64,000 bases of DNA from Acidobacteriota bacterium (GTDB taxonomy: Bacteria; Acidobacteriota; UBA6911; RPQK01; JAJDTT01): assembly GCA_965209055.1 (NCBI GenBank), contig OZ242374.1:4608001-4672000 (forward strand), written 5' to 3'. The notes beneath the pieces are model-generated. The model was not told the DNA's origin, did no database searches, and saw only the letters and a program-made list of their open reading frames with translations. The stretch's first letter is position 1; each line of letters starts with the position of its first letter. This document shows positions 38,643 to 49,299 of the stretch, piece by piece. The translations under genes were made by a program, and so were the position numbers.

Positions 38643-39590
38643 CTATCCGTGTGAAGGCACCGGCAAGAGAGTTAGGTAGTCGTGTCCACGTCCAGCGACT
38701 ACGTGGTATTTCCACTCCACCTCTGTTTTCTCTATCTTCACTCTGACGCGAGCACCGAATGGATCACGTCCGGCTATCTCTTCCACTTTACTCATATCGT
38801 CAAATGTGGCCGTCGCCACCGCGCTCTCGCCAAATCTAGATATACCGAAGTAGTGTCCGTCACGCAGTTGGAATTGCTTGTCGCCCATCAATTGGACAGA
38901 GTCCGCATAGATCGCACCGTCGTCGGCTTTGGGAAGAATGATGCCCCATTTGTCGAATTTCACCATCCAAAATTGAGGCTGCTTGGTGTGGATAAAAATC
39001 CAGTCCCTTTTAGGTCCGTCCGTGACCTCACTCATGAACCGCTCGATAAGCCGTTGTTCCGGGTGCATGATCTGCTCGCGCACAAGAGATACAGCCGTGC
39101 CCGCCGCGTAATCGTAACCTCGCCTTCCCAGCAAAGTGAACACCGAGAGGTAGGCAGCCTTCAGCCAACTGATGGTAGCGAAGCGTGGATCTGGCATTTT
39201 GAGTCGTACCTGGAACTCATCAGGCTTGAGAGTGTGCAGCACATGGGGTGAAACTCGGAGACCCGCCGTCCGTATGTCTATTATGTCATCTTCACCCACA
39301 TCAAGCTCAGCCCTGTGCGGGACACCTTTAATCTCCACAGTCGCCGTGGGCGCATGCATCAAAATTGATGCAGCCTGCTCCATTCCCCTTCCCGCCCGTT
39401 CATTACAGGTCCCGCAGGTAAGACAGATGTATCTGCTGGCAGAACTCAGCGCTTTGGGAGGAACATGCTCCAACGTGACGTCAACGCCACGCTTGACGCG
39501 CCCTTTCGTAAAAGGTGTTAGGCAGATCGGACACGCGTCGTTGCCCCGCCCGAACAGACTCATGCGCCGTTCGCTACCGGACCTACGCAT
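38643..39590 (-). CDS. HNH endonuclease-domain protein
   Basis: CPIC...TLEHVPPKAL...CLTCGTCNE zinc-binding HNH motif; lower GC than the flanks. Start reassigned to MRRSGS. Confidence 0.75.
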   Translation of the reverse strand: MRRSGSERRMSLFGRGNDACPICLTPFTKGRVKRGVDVTLEHVPPKALSSASRYICLTCGTCNERAGRGMEQAASILMHAPTATVEIKGVPHRAELDVGEDDIIDIRTAGLRVSPHVLHTLKPDEFQVRLKMPDPRFATISWLKAAYLSVFTLLGRRGYDYAAGTAVSLVREQIMHPEQRLIERFMSEVTDGPKRDWIFIHTKQPQFWMVKFDKWGIILPKADDGAIYADSVQLMGDKQFQLRDGHYFGISRFGESAVATATFDDMSKVEEIAGRDPFGARVRVKIEKTEVEWKYHVVAGRGHDYLTLLPVPSHG

Positions 39591-39592
39591 TC

Positions 39593-39997
39593 TCAATTCC
39601 TTTTCATGTTCTGGACATGGAGATAACTTCCGAGCGCATGGTAGTGTTTTTTCAAGGCCGCCGTATTGAATACTGGCTCCGAGCCTAGCCGCTTCCACTC
39701 CCGTGGTGGACTACCTTCCGTCTCTTCACGGCTATAGGAGAGTGATCTAGACCTATCCGCCATGGGATCCATTTCTAGAAGTCCCGCCATCACCTTCTGT
39801 GGTTGCCATGTCTCGTATTCATCCGGCGGAAACTCTTTCTTGTACGCAATGGCACGGTCGTAGGTAAGCGCCTCAATTGCCATACGCAGTTCCAGCATGG
39901 CGTATTTCAGACGCTCGTTATCGCCAGAGACAAAATCTTCTTGGAAACGCTTCAGATGTCTTCGGGCATCAGTACGAAACCTAGTCCGGGCAAGCAT
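39593..39997 (-). CDS. Hypothetical protein, possibly truncated
   Basis: 134-aa ORF co-oriented between the MTase and HNH genes; protein-like composition (YAMLELRMAIE...LGSYLH). Confidence 0.55.
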   Translation of the reverse strand: MLARTRFRTDARRHLKRFQEDFVSGDNERLKYAMLELRMAIEALTYDRAIAYKKEFPPDEYETWQPQKVMAGLLEMDPMADRSRSLSYSREETEGSPPREWKRLGSEPVFNTAALKKHYHALGSYLHVQNMKRN

Positions 39998-40024
39998 GAC
40001 GTTGCGCCGATGGTGGATAGCACA

Positions 40025-42820
40025 TTAGCTCTTCGGCCTTGTCGCCTTGCCGCCATGTACGGATGGCTCCGCGCACCATTGCCGACGCAGCAAGTCCAGC
40101 AAATCCTCTAGGTCCGCATCGAGTTTCAGGACGCTGAGCTTGCCGAACAGCAGTTCACGGTCCAGTTCCTGGCGTGTGTCATCCCGGTAGGCCTCGTTCG
40201 CGGGCAGAAACTTTCTACCCTTGAAGCGGGCGAAAATGTCTCGACAGTGATCCATCTGCGCTTCCGCTAGGGCGCGAGGGTCAAGCACCGGAAGGTCCGG
40301 AATAGCACTGATCTTGATGATTGACCTCCCCGCCTGCTGGCGAGTTCCTTTCCACCAGTGCATTAGCAGCCCAAGTGTCGAGTTGCCCCACAGCAGTAGC
40401 GGAATCTCATGTCGCTCGTTGCAGGGAATTACGTTAGGCCAAGCTCGACCGCCGAGACACTTTTCCGGCGTGAGACACATAACGAAACTCTGGGAATTCA
40501 GCCGGAAATCAATGTTGAAATGCAATCGGGATACCGTGCGGTTCCAGGTGCTGACGGCTTTCTCATCATATCCTGTCCGCACATCCCCGCAAGTGTCCGG
40601 ATGGACGATCAGTCGACGCTCCCTGTTTGCATCGTGGTTCCATAACGCGGGGTAGGTCGGAATCTCATCGTCGCGGATGGCGCGGATGTCGAAAGGTCCC
40701 TCTACAGGTGGCTTGTAGCCATTGATTAGGAGGCTATGAAGACCACGATCCGCGACAGTTCCTAGCTTGATGATAGGAATGTTGATCGCATGGCCCCCTC
40801 GTGGCAGTTGTAGCTGGCCTCTCTGCAATGCCTGTGCAGCACGGACTACACTATCCGATCGTGCACCTGCCGCTCCTGAATCGAAGATCGTACCTTGAAT
40901 TGACGGTTCGGTTCTGGCTGTGACCAGAGCTTCCAAGGTAGATGTAGGACGCGCGTCTAGGTTGATGAACGATACGAGCGGATTCCGTGGAGGCATTTTT
41001 CGTGCGACAACAAGACATTCGGCTATTCCGGTATCCGCCGAGAACGCCGTTTCCGTCGCGCCGGTTGTTGCGATCGCCGCGATGTGAATGTCGTCGTAAT
41101 GTTGATGCAACTTCGTCCGTGCCTTCTCCCATGACTTCCCACTATTAAAGGTAAACGGCAGCACAAGAGCTAAAACTCCACCGTCTTTCAGCTTGCGATG
41201 GGCCAGATCCATGAAGTTCGAGGCGAGACCGGCGTGGCCATGTCCAAATTCAGAACGAGTTTTCTTGAGTTGTTTTGCCATTGCACGCTGTTCGTCTTTG
41301 GAGGTGCCGAAACCTGCGAATGATGGGATCGGGATGCCCGCCCTCTTCGCCGCGTGGTTTGTGGACCGCGTGAACGGCGGGTTCATGATAATCAAATCGC
41401 AGGAACGATTCTTGACTGCGACCGAGTACTTGTGGCTGGTGTCCGCTTCCTTTCCCCCTATCGACTCCGCTCCCGTGGCGAACAGGGAATAAACTTGGTC
41501 GGCATCAAGCAGGTCCAGTGAACCGATATGCGTCTTGCCGCCATCAATGCCATAGGGCATCGTGTAGATGTTCGTCCTGCCGAACTTCTCTCCCGGATGA
41601 ACACTGGACAGCATCGAGCAAGTCAGGTGCGTGGCGGCGGGCATGATGTCCATGCCGATCATCGTGCGTTCCACCAAGCCGGCATGGAGATTCAGGTCGT
41701 TACCTCCCATCCTGCGATACCGGCGGCAGATGGCGCGCTGCACAGCGGAGAGCAGGGCTCCAGTGCCACAAGCAAAATCGGCGATCCGCAAGTTCTCGAT
41801 GGCCCCCTTGTTCGACCAGTCTACTGGCAGACGTTCCACCGCAAGTTCCGCGAGGAGCGTTGCTGACGCAGGCAGCGTGTAGAAAGTGGCCAGGAACTTA
41901 CGGTCGGCAATAAGAGCCTGAAACATTCGCCCCGTGAGTTCGTGGTAGGTGGTCGCGCCCAGGGAGGCCAGCGAAGAGGACGTCTCCAGAAGCCGGTCCA
42001 TCAAGCGCGGCACTAGGGGTGTTTGGATCTCCTCAAGTAACGACGTGGCGATGGAGAAGATCGGCCAGTAGTTGATGGCCAGAATTGCATCCCATGTGTC
42101 CAACAATCTCTCCTTGTTCCTTCCAACTCCGCGCAGGGTGGAGAGACTCGGAATCCCCTCCTGACCCTCGATGGAGGCGTGGAACACAAACGCGGAAGTG
42201 AGGATCGCGGCGACCATCCGGAGGGTCTGGTCGCCTTGGCTTTGCTTGAGCTTTTCGGCAAGACGATGCCGCACGTGTGCTGTGGATTGCTGCGACAGTA
42301 GACCAGCACATGCTTTGACTGTCGTCTCAAGCATCCGCACCCCTTGGTCAAGCTTTCGTTGCGACAGGGACAAAGCCTCGATGGCATCCGCCAACTCATC
42401 CACCGTCCCTTCGAGATAGTCTGACAACGGCCAACGGGAATGGTGACCATCCTTGTTCAGGTGGTGCGTGGCGTAGCGCAGCTTGGAGTTCTCTATGGCA
42501 GCCAGCGAACCGGTCTTCAGTTCGACCGGAAACACGACGGAGAGCGCGCTTTCGATGGTATCCCCGGTGGAATCCAGCTTCCGCCCGAGACGGCCAATGG
42601 CTTCGTTCTCGACCGTCCGGGCGGGATCGAACTCAGTCTCGACAGCGACTGGCTGGCGGGATGGTGTATGGATCAAGATATCGATCTGGCCGGAGCCTCC
42701 CTGCAACACGCCAGTCCGTTCCGCATGGACAGACGTGTCATCCCAGAGCGGGTGGCGTTTCATCAGGGCGCGGGCCAGGGCGCCGTTCGCCTGGGGCTCA
42801 GTATTTCGGGGCAGGCTCAT
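40025..42820 (-). CDS. N6-adenine DNA methyltransferase with N-terminal nuclease-like segment (type IIG/IIL-like fused R-M enzyme)
   Basis: FYT, motif I DFACGTG and motif IV MNPPF; N-terminal IDILI...VAVETEF resembles a PD-(D/E)xK variant. Confidence 0.8.
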   Translation of the reverse strand: MSLPRNTEPQANGALARALMKRHPLWDDTSVHAERTGVLQGGSGQIDILIHTPSRQPVAVETEFDPARTVENEAIGRLGRKLDSTGDTIESALSVVFPVELKTGSLAAIENSKLRYATHHLNKDGHHSRWPLSDYLEGTVDELADAIEALSLSQRKLDQGVRMLETTVKACAGLLSQQSTAHVRHRLAEKLKQSQGDQTLRMVAAILTSAFVFHASIEGQEGIPSLSTLRGVGRNKERLLDTWDAILAINYWPIFSIATSLLEEIQTPLVPRLMDRLLETSSSLASLGATTYHELTGRMFQALIADRKFLATFYTLPASATLLAELAVERLPVDWSNKGAIENLRIADFACGTGALLSAVQRAICRRYRRMGGNDLNLHAGLVERTMIGMDIMPAATHLTCSMLSSVHPGEKFGRTNIYTMPYGIDGGKTHIGSLDLLDADQVYSLFATGAESIGGKEADTSHKYSVAVKNRSCDLIIMNPPFTRSTNHAAKRAGIPIPSFAGFGTSKDEQRAMAKQLKKTRSEFGHGHAGLASNFMDLAHRKLKDGGVLALVLPFTFNSGKSWEKARTKLHQHYDDIHIAAIATTGATETAFSADTGIAECLVVARKMPPRNPLVSFINLDARPTSTLEALVTARTEPSIQGTIFDSGAAGARSDSVVRAAQALQRGQLQLPRGGHAINIPIIKLGTVADRGLHSLLINGYKPPVEGPFDIRAIRDDEIPTYPALWNHDANRERRLIVHPDTCGDVRTGYDEKAVSTWNRTVSRLHFNIDFRLNSQSFVMCLTPEKCLGGRAWPNVIPCNERHEIPLLLWGNSTLGLLMHWWKGTRQQAGRSIIKISAIPDLPVLDPRALAEAQMDHCRDIFARFKGRKFLPANEAYRDDTRQELDRELLFGKLSVLKLDADLEDLLDLLRRQWCAEPSVHGGKATRPKS

Positions 42821-42969
42821 GAGCGTCTCCGCGCCATGGACTCACACGCTTCGCCGCAACGGGGACAGTCCATGCGGTTTCCTTGGTAGCCACAGTCCGG
42901 GCAGTGATAAGAGTTCCGGTTCTGGAGCCGATCCAGAGCCAGCTTCCTGATGGTCTCCATTCTCTCCAT
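42817..42969 (-). CDS. Small zinc-ribbon protein (50 aa)
   Basis: CPDCG...CPRCG; its stop overlaps the MTase start (ATGA). Confidence 0.55.
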   Translation of the reverse strand: MERMETIRKLALDRLQNRNSYHCPDCGYQGNRMDCPRCGEACESMARRRS

Positions 42970-43067
42970 GTGGATGTCCCAACTGCTCATACAGTTCATT
43001 CTGCCAGAACGGTCTGCCGCGTCCGGAATCATTTCTCGGAGCGGAGCGTCTCTTCTGTGGTTTCTCT

Positions 43068-43381
43068 CCGGGCCTTCCCGCAGGGAGGATTGAGACGGGA
43101 GCGACCCCCCCAGGGGGTGTTGCGCAAATGTGAATTGCGCAACACCCCCGCGCCCGCACCGGGCAGCAAAAAGGGGGGGTCGCTCCCGTCCACCTCCATT
43201 TTCCCCGTGCGGCCACCCGGTGGCCGGAAATGGGGCCGTAACTGACTGAAAGGAAACAGGATCGGGGAACGCGCATTTGTGAATGACCGGGACCGCTTTT
43301 TGTGAATCCACCCCCTTTGTCCCATTCACATCCCGGATCGGGCGCGAGACCCTCTTGACGCACTGCCGAAACGAGCCTCCA
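43068..43381. other. Conserved structured non-coding module of E1 (candidate oriT/origin or ncRNA)
   Basis: Homologous to 56062-56375; nested perfect 18-bp and 15-bp stems; four TGTGAAT motifs. Confidence 0.7.
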
Positions 43382-43604
43382 TTGGCCCTTGCGACTGCCG
43401 AATGCGTTCACCGTCAATCACGACTTGGAAGGAGCGAACTTCCGCCGCTGGTTGCCTCTCGACCGCCCGCTTCAGTGTGGCCGTCACCCCTCCGTAGGAG
43501 TTGAGCAGGGCCGTATCCCCCGTTGGAACGGCGCGTTTGAATCGGACGGCGACAATCGTGTAGCTTGATGAGCCGATTGAGATATCTAGCATTGGGACGC
43601 AGAA

Positions 43605-44660
43605 ATGACTGAGGAACTGTGTATCTGGGCGGTCGACGGGTCGGGGACGGTGGAGCCCCTGTCTCCGCTCAAGCAGATGCCTACAGAGTTGCGATTTGAG
43701 GAGCTGATCGTTCGCAATCCGGAAATGCTAGAACCCGGCCTCCGTTTGGTGGGACGACAGACTCCTACTCAAACCGGTTGGCTGGACCTGCTTGCTATCG
43801 ACACGGACGGTCGTCTGGTCGTCTGCGAGTTGAAACGCGGAATGCTTGCCCGGGAGGCCGTGACCCAAGTCTTGGACTACGCTTCGGACTTGGATGCCAT
43901 GAGTACCGGGGACCTCGCGGAGCACATTTCCGATCGCTCCGGGAATCACGGTATCGAACGGATCGATGACTTCGAGCAATGGTACGCCGACAACTTCGGC
44001 GGGGACGACCTGTCTCGCCTCCTGCCGCCCCGCATGGTGCTGGTCGGATTGGGCGTGGACACCGTAGCCGAACGAATGGCGAGATTCATTTCTGCTGGGC
44101 CGGTCGATATTTCCGTGGTTACATTCCACGGGTTTCGACGTGAAGGGGAGCAACTCCTGGCTCGACAATTGGAGGTCGAGTCAGGACGAACAGAAGTCAT
44201 CCGAAGGCGTCGTTCCGCAACCACGGCCGAAAAGCGTCGCCTTTTGGGGAAATACCTGGTTGACAATGGATACAAGGACCTCTTTGACCGAGTAAATGCC
44301 GATCTTCGCCGACATCTGCCAGAGCAGGGCGTTTGGGAGCAGCCAGGTAGCACGGGGGTCGGATTTTTGCTCAGCGAGCCAGAGGACTCCAAGGTCTGGA
44401 AAACCTACTTCGGCGTGCAAGCTGGATATCTGGGAACGGAAGTGTACAGCGTCAGCGTTTTGCCGCAGGCGATTACATGGGGCGGAGACGGTGCATTTGA
44501 GAGACTCCGTGGTTCCGTCGATCTCGAAGAATGGACACACGGTGGCTATGCCCTCTCCTTCAAGACTCCGGAAGAGTGGGACGAGATTCGACCACAAGTG
44601 CTTGAGTTCGTTCACACCGTCTTGGCGAATCGAACGAACGTGGAAGGGCCAAAAAACTGA
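43605..44660 (+). CDS. NucS/DUF91-like PD-(D/E)xK endonuclease-domain protein
   Basis: LVGRQ...LDLLAID...VVCELKRG...QVLDYA motif. Confidence 0.8.
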   Translation: MTEELCIWAVDGSGTVEPLSPLKQMPTELRFEELIVRNPEMLEPGLRLVGRQTPTQTGWLDLLAIDTDGRLVVCELKRGMLAREAVTQVLDYASDLDAMSTGDLAEHISDRSGNHGIERIDDFEQWYADNFGGDDLSRLLPPRMVLVGLGVDTVAERMARFISAGPVDISVVTFHGFRREGEQLLARQLEVESGRTEVIRRRRSATTAEKRRLLGKYLVDNGYKDLFDRVNADLRRHLPEQGVWEQPGSTGVGFLLSEPEDSKVWKTYFGVQAGYLGTEVYSVSVLPQAITWGGDGAFERLRGSVDLEEWTHGGYALSFKTPEEWDEIRPQVLEFVHTVLANRTNVEGPKN

Positions 44661-44758
44661 GTTCGACTGCCCGACCTTCGTCACACCGGATCTGGTGACG
44701 GCGGGCCTATATCGCAGAGGAAATAGTTCCGGACCGGCATCGCAGGCTTGAATACTGC

Positions 44759-44892
44759 TGCCTGTTTGTTGCCTGTTCAGCACGTCAAACATAGGGAGTC
44801 AACCACGCTACCGATTCGGCGAAGAACCCGGTAAGCCATTGAAAAAGTTAATGTTTGGTAGTTGTTGACTGTGGGGCTATCGGGATAGGAAA
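44759..44892. other. Right-end att region of E1
   Basis: Colinear with 56762-56895; contains an arm repeat, CGGCGAAGAACCCGG, an IHF-like site (44832-44844) and the core. Confidence 0.8.
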
Positions 44893-44918
44893 ACCCCCAC
44901 TCCCAGCGCCCTCTTTCC

Positions 44919-45746
<828 letters not shown>

Positions 45747-48342
45747 TCGTCAGGTGGAAGCGGAGGCGAACCGGCTGGCCTCGCAAGGAAGCCAGATCCG
45801 CTTTTTCTCTCCACGCCACTTCCTGCCGGGTGCTGTCGAAGGCCGTGAGCAGGCAATCGTCCCGGACATAGCCGGCCACCGGCCGCCCTCCTTCGTCCAG
45901 GACCTCTACGCTCACTCGGCCCTCGGCAGCCGCCGCATTGACCGTCAAACGGCTCCCCTGGAAAATCAGCGGGTGGGTCGTCAGGACGCCTTCCCGGTCT
46001 CCGGCCCGACGCGACGCGAACCCGTTGGTGCGGTACTCCACCCGGGCCGGCGCGATCTGGAACACCCGGCTCTTTTCGATATGGTCCTCCCGGGTCTGAC
46101 CCGTGTTGGCCTCGAGCTCCGCCCAGAACGCCTCCCGGACTTCCTCCACCGTGCGGCTGCAGCGGGGCCGCCGCCAGCTCCAGATGCATTCGTAAAGCGC
46201 CCACGCGGGCTCCACCGGCGCCGGCGGGGAGAGATAGGGCCGACCATTGTATTGCTCGTCGTCGAAAATCCCGGAGGCGGGGATCGGGATATCACCCGGT
46301 CCGCCGCCCACCAGCTTGTCCCGGATCCAGGCGTTGACGTGCAGGGTGTTGGTGCCGTGGTAGAACCCGACCGACCGGTCTCCGTCCGCCGGGCCCTCCG
46401 AGAAACTGTAGACGATCCCGTAATCGAAGCTGCCGTCGGGTCCGCTGGGAATCCAGGCCCGATCTCCTCCCAGATCCTCCCAATGGATGCCGTTGCGGCT
46501 CACCCAGAGATGGATCGACATCCGTTGAGTCCCGCAGTCGTAGAGCGGAAAGAAGGCGACGTAGAGGTCCCCGATCCGCTTCACCCGCTGCATCCCGTAG
46601 CTCTGGTGTTTCGGGTGTTCCCGCGGCGGCGCCCAGATATAGCTCCGGTGCCAGTTCACGCCGTCGCGCGTGGTCATCCGCCCCAGGTTCCGCGAGACGG
46701 CCCACTTGTTGTCGTAGCGCACCAACGCCCGCCCCATGGCCGGAGGATGGGCGGCGAAATAGAGCACCAGCTCACCGGTGCGCTCGTCGTAGAACATGGG
46801 CCCCAGGTTGTCGGTGGGGCTGTCCAGCGTCTCCACCTGAAGGTGATTCCGCATGAAGGGACGTTCCGTGGTGAGATAGGCCACTCCCTCGGAATCCCGG
46901 ACCATCAGGTAGATCCCCCGCTGAAACTCCATGTCAGGAAACTTGGGAGTACTGACCCGGGTGGCGGTCCGCAGATCAGGGATGCCGCGGGTTCGGTAGT
47001 CCCACAGCCCGCCGAACTTCTCTCCTTCGCCCACGTGGCCCCGGGACGCCATCTTCTCCAGGATGTTGTTGGCCCGGGAACCTTGGAACTCCACCAGACC
47101 GAGTTCCGGCTTGGTCCAACGGTTCCCGTCACTGGATACGGCCAGCATCCGGTACCGGGTCGGGCTGATGTACTCCAACTCGTACCGTTGCTTCTCCCGG
47201 TTGAAGGACAGGCCGGCGCCCTCGCGCAGTATTGTGTAATGGCCCTCCCAAGGCCGGTCGGGCCGGAACAGGGCCTGAGCGTCCAGCTTGCGGGCTGGAT
47301 GGAAGACCTTCCGGAGATGCCGCTGGTCCTGGATCAGGTAGTCGTCCACGAACAGTTGGGGAGCCACCGGAATCTCCAGGGGAGGCTCCGGTTTCGGTGG
47401 CGGCCCGTTCCGGTGCAGGTACAATGCCCGGCGGGGCCCGTCATCCCAGAGCCGTCCGTCCACCCGGGGCCGCACCCGCACGTGATACGTGGCCGCCTTC
47501 AGGCCGGTGAGATCGAAGGCGACATGAGCCTTGTCCGGTGTGAGCCGGACCGCCGTGGCGGGTGATCGCACGGTTCCGGTGCCGGCTTCCACAAGATCGA
47601 CTTCCACGGCCAGCTCCCGGACCGGAGCGCCTTTCCTGAGCCAGAGCTCCACCTCGGCGGCGTTGTCGTCGATATAGGCCAGACGGTCCAGGTCCGCGCC
47701 CACCCAGGTTTGGACCGGAAGGCGGAAGTCGTTGGAGAACAGGACCCGGCCGTCCCCGACTCGCCGTCCCTTCACGGTCAGGCGGTAGTTCCCCGAATCG
47801 TGAGTGTCGACCCACCAGCCGGTCCGCAAGTATCCCCGGACCCTCTCCTGGGGCCCCTTGTGGCTGGAGGCAGGGAGGGGCCGGTAGGGTCCATGGCCCA
47901 AGAGAGGCCCCAGATCAAAGCCGGCCGCAGCGTCTTCCGCTCCCGCCTCCAGAAGCCGTCTTTCGGTTCGAGCCCCTCCCGCAGGAAACCCCACCGACAC
48001 CTCCATCTCCACGGGCTCTGCCGGAACATAGTTGAATTGGAGCCGATGTCCCGCTTCCCCCACAAAATTCAGCTGGTATCCAGCGGGTTCCGCTCCCTGA
48101 TCACCCTTTTGGACTCGATAGGGAGCCAGATCAATGGGCGTGAGGGCACTCTGGGACACCGCCGTCTGGAAGAGAAAAAGCAGAACCAGGACTGGGACCA
48201 CTATCCGTCGCGCACTTGATGTCAACACGGGGCCTCCACCGAAATTGCCGTCCGTTCCAAATCGATTGCCGACTCATTCTAGCCCGAATTCCAAAGCGCG
48301 TCCCGGTGGCAGCCGTTCGGCTGAAATTGTTATCGTGTCCGT

Positions 48343-49299
48343 ATGGTGACCGCTCCCGCGCTTCGTCTTCGTGGCATCCGGAAGAACTACGGCAAGAAGA
48401 CGGCCCTTGAGGGCGTGGACCTGGAAACGCCGTCCGACACCATTTGCGGGTTGATCGGTCCCAACGGCGCGGGCAAGACCACCCTGCTGCGCATCGTTCT
48501 CGACATCATCGGCCCCGACGACGGAACCGTGGAGGTGTTGGGCACTACCGACCTCCAGTCGACCCGGCGGCGCATCGGGTATCTTCCGGAAGAGCGCGGG
48601 CTGTATCCCAAGATGCGGGTCGTCGACCACCTGGTATTTCTGGGTGTGCTCAAGGGACTGGGCAGAATGGATGCCATGGAACGGGCTCTCGGCGGACTCG
48701 AGGAGGTCGGCCTCGGCGAACGCGCCCGGGACAAGGTGGAAACCCTCTCCAAGGGAATGCAACAGAAGGTCCAGCTTCTGGGGACGATCCTCCACGAGCC
48801 GGAGCTGCTGGTTCTGGACGAGCCGTTCAGCGGACTGGACCCGCTCAACGTGGAGCTTTTCAAACGGTTGGTCCTGGAGCGCCGCCGCGCGGGAGCGACC
48901 GTTCTCCTTTCGACCCACCTGATCGAAGACGCCGAACGCCTTTGCGACCGGGTCTGCATGATCGCCGGCGCCAACAAGGTCCTGGACGGAAAGGTGAGCG
49001 ACTTGAAGGCGGCCTCCGGGCGGCGTGATCTGGCCATCGCCTTCGAGGGGAGCAGCGAGTTCCTGGCGGCGCCCGGCTTGGTGGAGCGCGCCGCCGACCA
49101 GGGCGGTTACGTTGAAGTTCGGCTCAAGGAAGACGCCGATCCTCAAGTCCTGCTCCACCGGGCCGTGGAGTCGGGAGCGAGGATTTCACGTTTCGAACTC
49201 ACGGAACCCTCACTGCGCGAGATCTTCATGGAGAAGGCCGAGGCGGCCGGCCTGTCGACGAGCGACGCCCCGCCGGCTGAAGAGGCGGGTGCGGTATGA
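48343..49299 (+). CDS. ABC transporter ATP-binding protein (NatA/YhaQ-like)
   Basis: GPNGAGKTT, GYLPEERGLY, LSKGMQQK and LDEPFSGLDP motifs. Confidence 0.9.
   Translation: MVTAPALRLRGIRKNYGKKTALEGVDLETPSDTICGLIGPNGAGKTTLLRIVLDIIGPDDGTVEVLGTTDLQSTRRRIGYLPEERGLYPKMRVVDHLVFLGVLKGLGRMDAMERALGGLEEVGLGERARDKVETLSKGMQQKVQLLGTILHEPELLVLDEPFSGLDPLNVELFKRLVLERRRAGATVLLSTHLIEDAERLCDRVCMIAGANKVLDGKVSDLKAASGRRDLAIAFEGSSEFLAAPGLVERAADQGGYVEVRLKEDADPQVLLHRAVESGARISRFELTEPSLREIFMEKAEAAGLSTSDAPPAEEAGAV

Larger units (their letters stand above)
36892..44892 (-). mobile_element. Integrative element E1 (tyrosine integrase, REP-targeting) with defence-like cargo
   Basis: 7-bp direct repeat TAGGAAA at 36892-36898 and 44886-44892; removal restores the hairpin AGTGGGGGT-AGGAAA-ACCCCCACT; ends homologous to E2. 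Confidence 0.85.

Noticed and set aside
43190-43280. Bridge-RNA-like guide segments matching each element's target
   Set aside because: The variable parts of the module show no convincing match to the element's own core or flanks by eye; more copies are needed to test covariation.
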